A stretch of DNA of 63,465 bases, the filler included, from Octopus bimaculoides (Eukaryota), in NCBI RefSeq assembly GCF_001194135.2. It is 5 parts of 5 records of this genome, joined end to end, with 100 filler letters (N's around TTAATTAATTAA, not from the genome) between each part and the next. Parts side by side here need not be neighbours in the genome. Positions count along the whole stretch, not along the records: positions 61,627 to 63,465 come from NW_026315750.1; 4 more parts are not named here. One strand, 5' to 3'. A program made the position numbers and the translations under genes. The notes below the pieces were generated by a model, which was given only the letters and a program-made list of their open reading frames with translations, was not told the DNA's origin and did not search any database. Below, piece after piece: positions 62,330-63,465 of this stretch. The first letter of the stretch is position 1, and each line of letters opens with the position of its first letter.

Positions 62330-62505
62330 TTATGTAAAATTGATTAATCCACTTCCTTTAAAATTGCTGACCTTGTGCTAAATATTTCTATTTTTAAAAT
62401 ATTTCTACAGGAATANNNNNNNNNNNNNNNNNNNNNNNNNNNNNNNNNNNNNNNNNNNNNNNNNNNNNNNNNNNNNNNNNNNNAGGGACAAACACAGACA
62501 CAAAG

Positions 62506-62554
<49 letters not shown>

Positions 62555-62761
62555 TGACTTCTTTCAGTTTCCGTCTACCAAATCCACTCACAAAGCTTTA
62601 GTCAGCCTGAAGCTATAGAAGAAGATACTTGCCCAAGGTCCCACGCAGTGGGTCTGAACTCAAAACTATGTGGTTAGGAAGCAAGTTTTAACCCACACAC
62701 CCACGCCTTTATGTAAAATTGATTAATCCACTTCCTTTAAAATTGCTGACCTTGTGCTAAA
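62105..62761 (+). repeat. 278-bp identical direct duplication flanking an N gap (62105-62382 = 62484-62761)
   Basis: The two copies read identically and have the same length. The gap is 62416-62483. Confidence 0.9.
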
Positions 62762-63155
62762 AGCTTGAAACTATTATAGAATGAAAAAAAAGAAAAAAAA
62801 GAAAGAGGCGTCCTGAGGGGCGATGCATACCCTGCGCGCAGATAAAATTTTTCTGCAAATTCTAGTTTGGCTTCCAATGCGTTGCTTACCTATGTTTTTC
62901 AATTGAACTGAATTAACTAAAAAAAAAAAAAAATGGTACGGTCTCACATAAATGATAAAATGAATCAGAAAAAAATCGATTATGAAAAATATCGATTACC
63001 TAAGTGTATCTAAGCAATTACTTAACAAAACTTCCTTTAGGTGTGTTTAAAATCTAAAAACGAAAACAATAAGCAAGAGATATGACTCCAAAGTGCCGAA
63101 TGCTAGAATTCGTAGGTGTTCTCGCAGGCTATCATAAGTGTGTTTGTATTAGCTA

Positions 63156-63307
63156 AGATACTGGCTGTGTGGTATGAAGCTTGCTTCTCAACCGAATGAT
63201 TCGGAGTTCAGTCCCACTGCGTGGCACTTTGGGTAAGTGTCTTCGGGCCGACTAAAGCCTCGTGTGGTGGGTTTGGTAGACGGAAACTGAAAGAAACCTA
63301 TTGTATG
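63156..63307 (+). mobile_element. SINE module B
   Basis: tggctgtgtggtatgaagcttgcttctc...gttcagtcccactgcgtggcactttgggtaagtgtctt...ggtagacggaaactgaaagaa. Confidence 0.85.
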
Positions 63308-63465
63308 TTTATTTCAAGATTTTTTGCCAATAGAGAAAGAACCGGTTTCTAACCTAGATCCAAAGTTCCTTCACTGGAATTTCAACATCAACAATAGGGT
63401 ATTTCTGAGGGTATTTTTGTATGTATGCATGTATGTATGTATGTATGTATGTGTGTATGTATGTA

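Noticed and set aside
5205-63307. A/B-box sequences as tRNA genes
   Set aside because: All continue into SINE bodies or tails, are degenerate, and lack a full cloverleaf or Pol III terminator at tRNA length.
1-63465. Fanzor/TnpB, Polinton/viral, or other novel multi-gene systems
   Set aside because: No RuvC-like, pPolB, capsid or other long intact ORFs are present. The only uninterrupted TE-derived coding stretches are short (REL and integrase fragments). About 5.5 kb is hidden in gaps and cannot be assessed.

Overview
Eukaryotic, AT-rich, draft-assembly DNA that looks intronic or intergenic. It is most likely Octopus; this is an inference from the SINE families, the microsatellite density and the assembly style. 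About 20 N gaps are present, mostly next to (TA)n, including four 100-nt joins of the form N44-TTAATTAATTAA-N44. No host protein-coding gene, tRNA/rRNA gene, CRISPR array or RNA-guided nuclease ORF can be supported. Most long ORFs in the track are gap or microsatellite artefacts. What is supportable is a dense transposon record. At least five SINE or SINE-like repeat families are present, several copies with 15-19 bp TSDs. LINE remnants include CR1, an L1/Tx1-like ORF1, RTE, a HERO-like REL ORF and an R4-like end. There is also a deleted Ty3/gypsy element, a Penelope-like fragment, mariner and DD41D-type Tc1/mariner remnants, hAT and TA-flanked MITEs, and Helitron-like ends. Five observations stand out. 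(i) A roughly 530-bp fold-back element is built from two inverted copies of a mariner 3' end. (ii) A composite SINE carries an internal microsatellite and a CR1-like 3' tail. (iii) A SINE sits exactly where gypsy RT/RNase H is missing. (iv) Several template-switch or fold-back structures and inverted SINE pairs would give long dsRNA. (v) A few weak microexon or recursive-splice candidates occur. I did not find a convincing novel protein-based system. Family names come from motif recall and need Dfam/Repbase confirmation.
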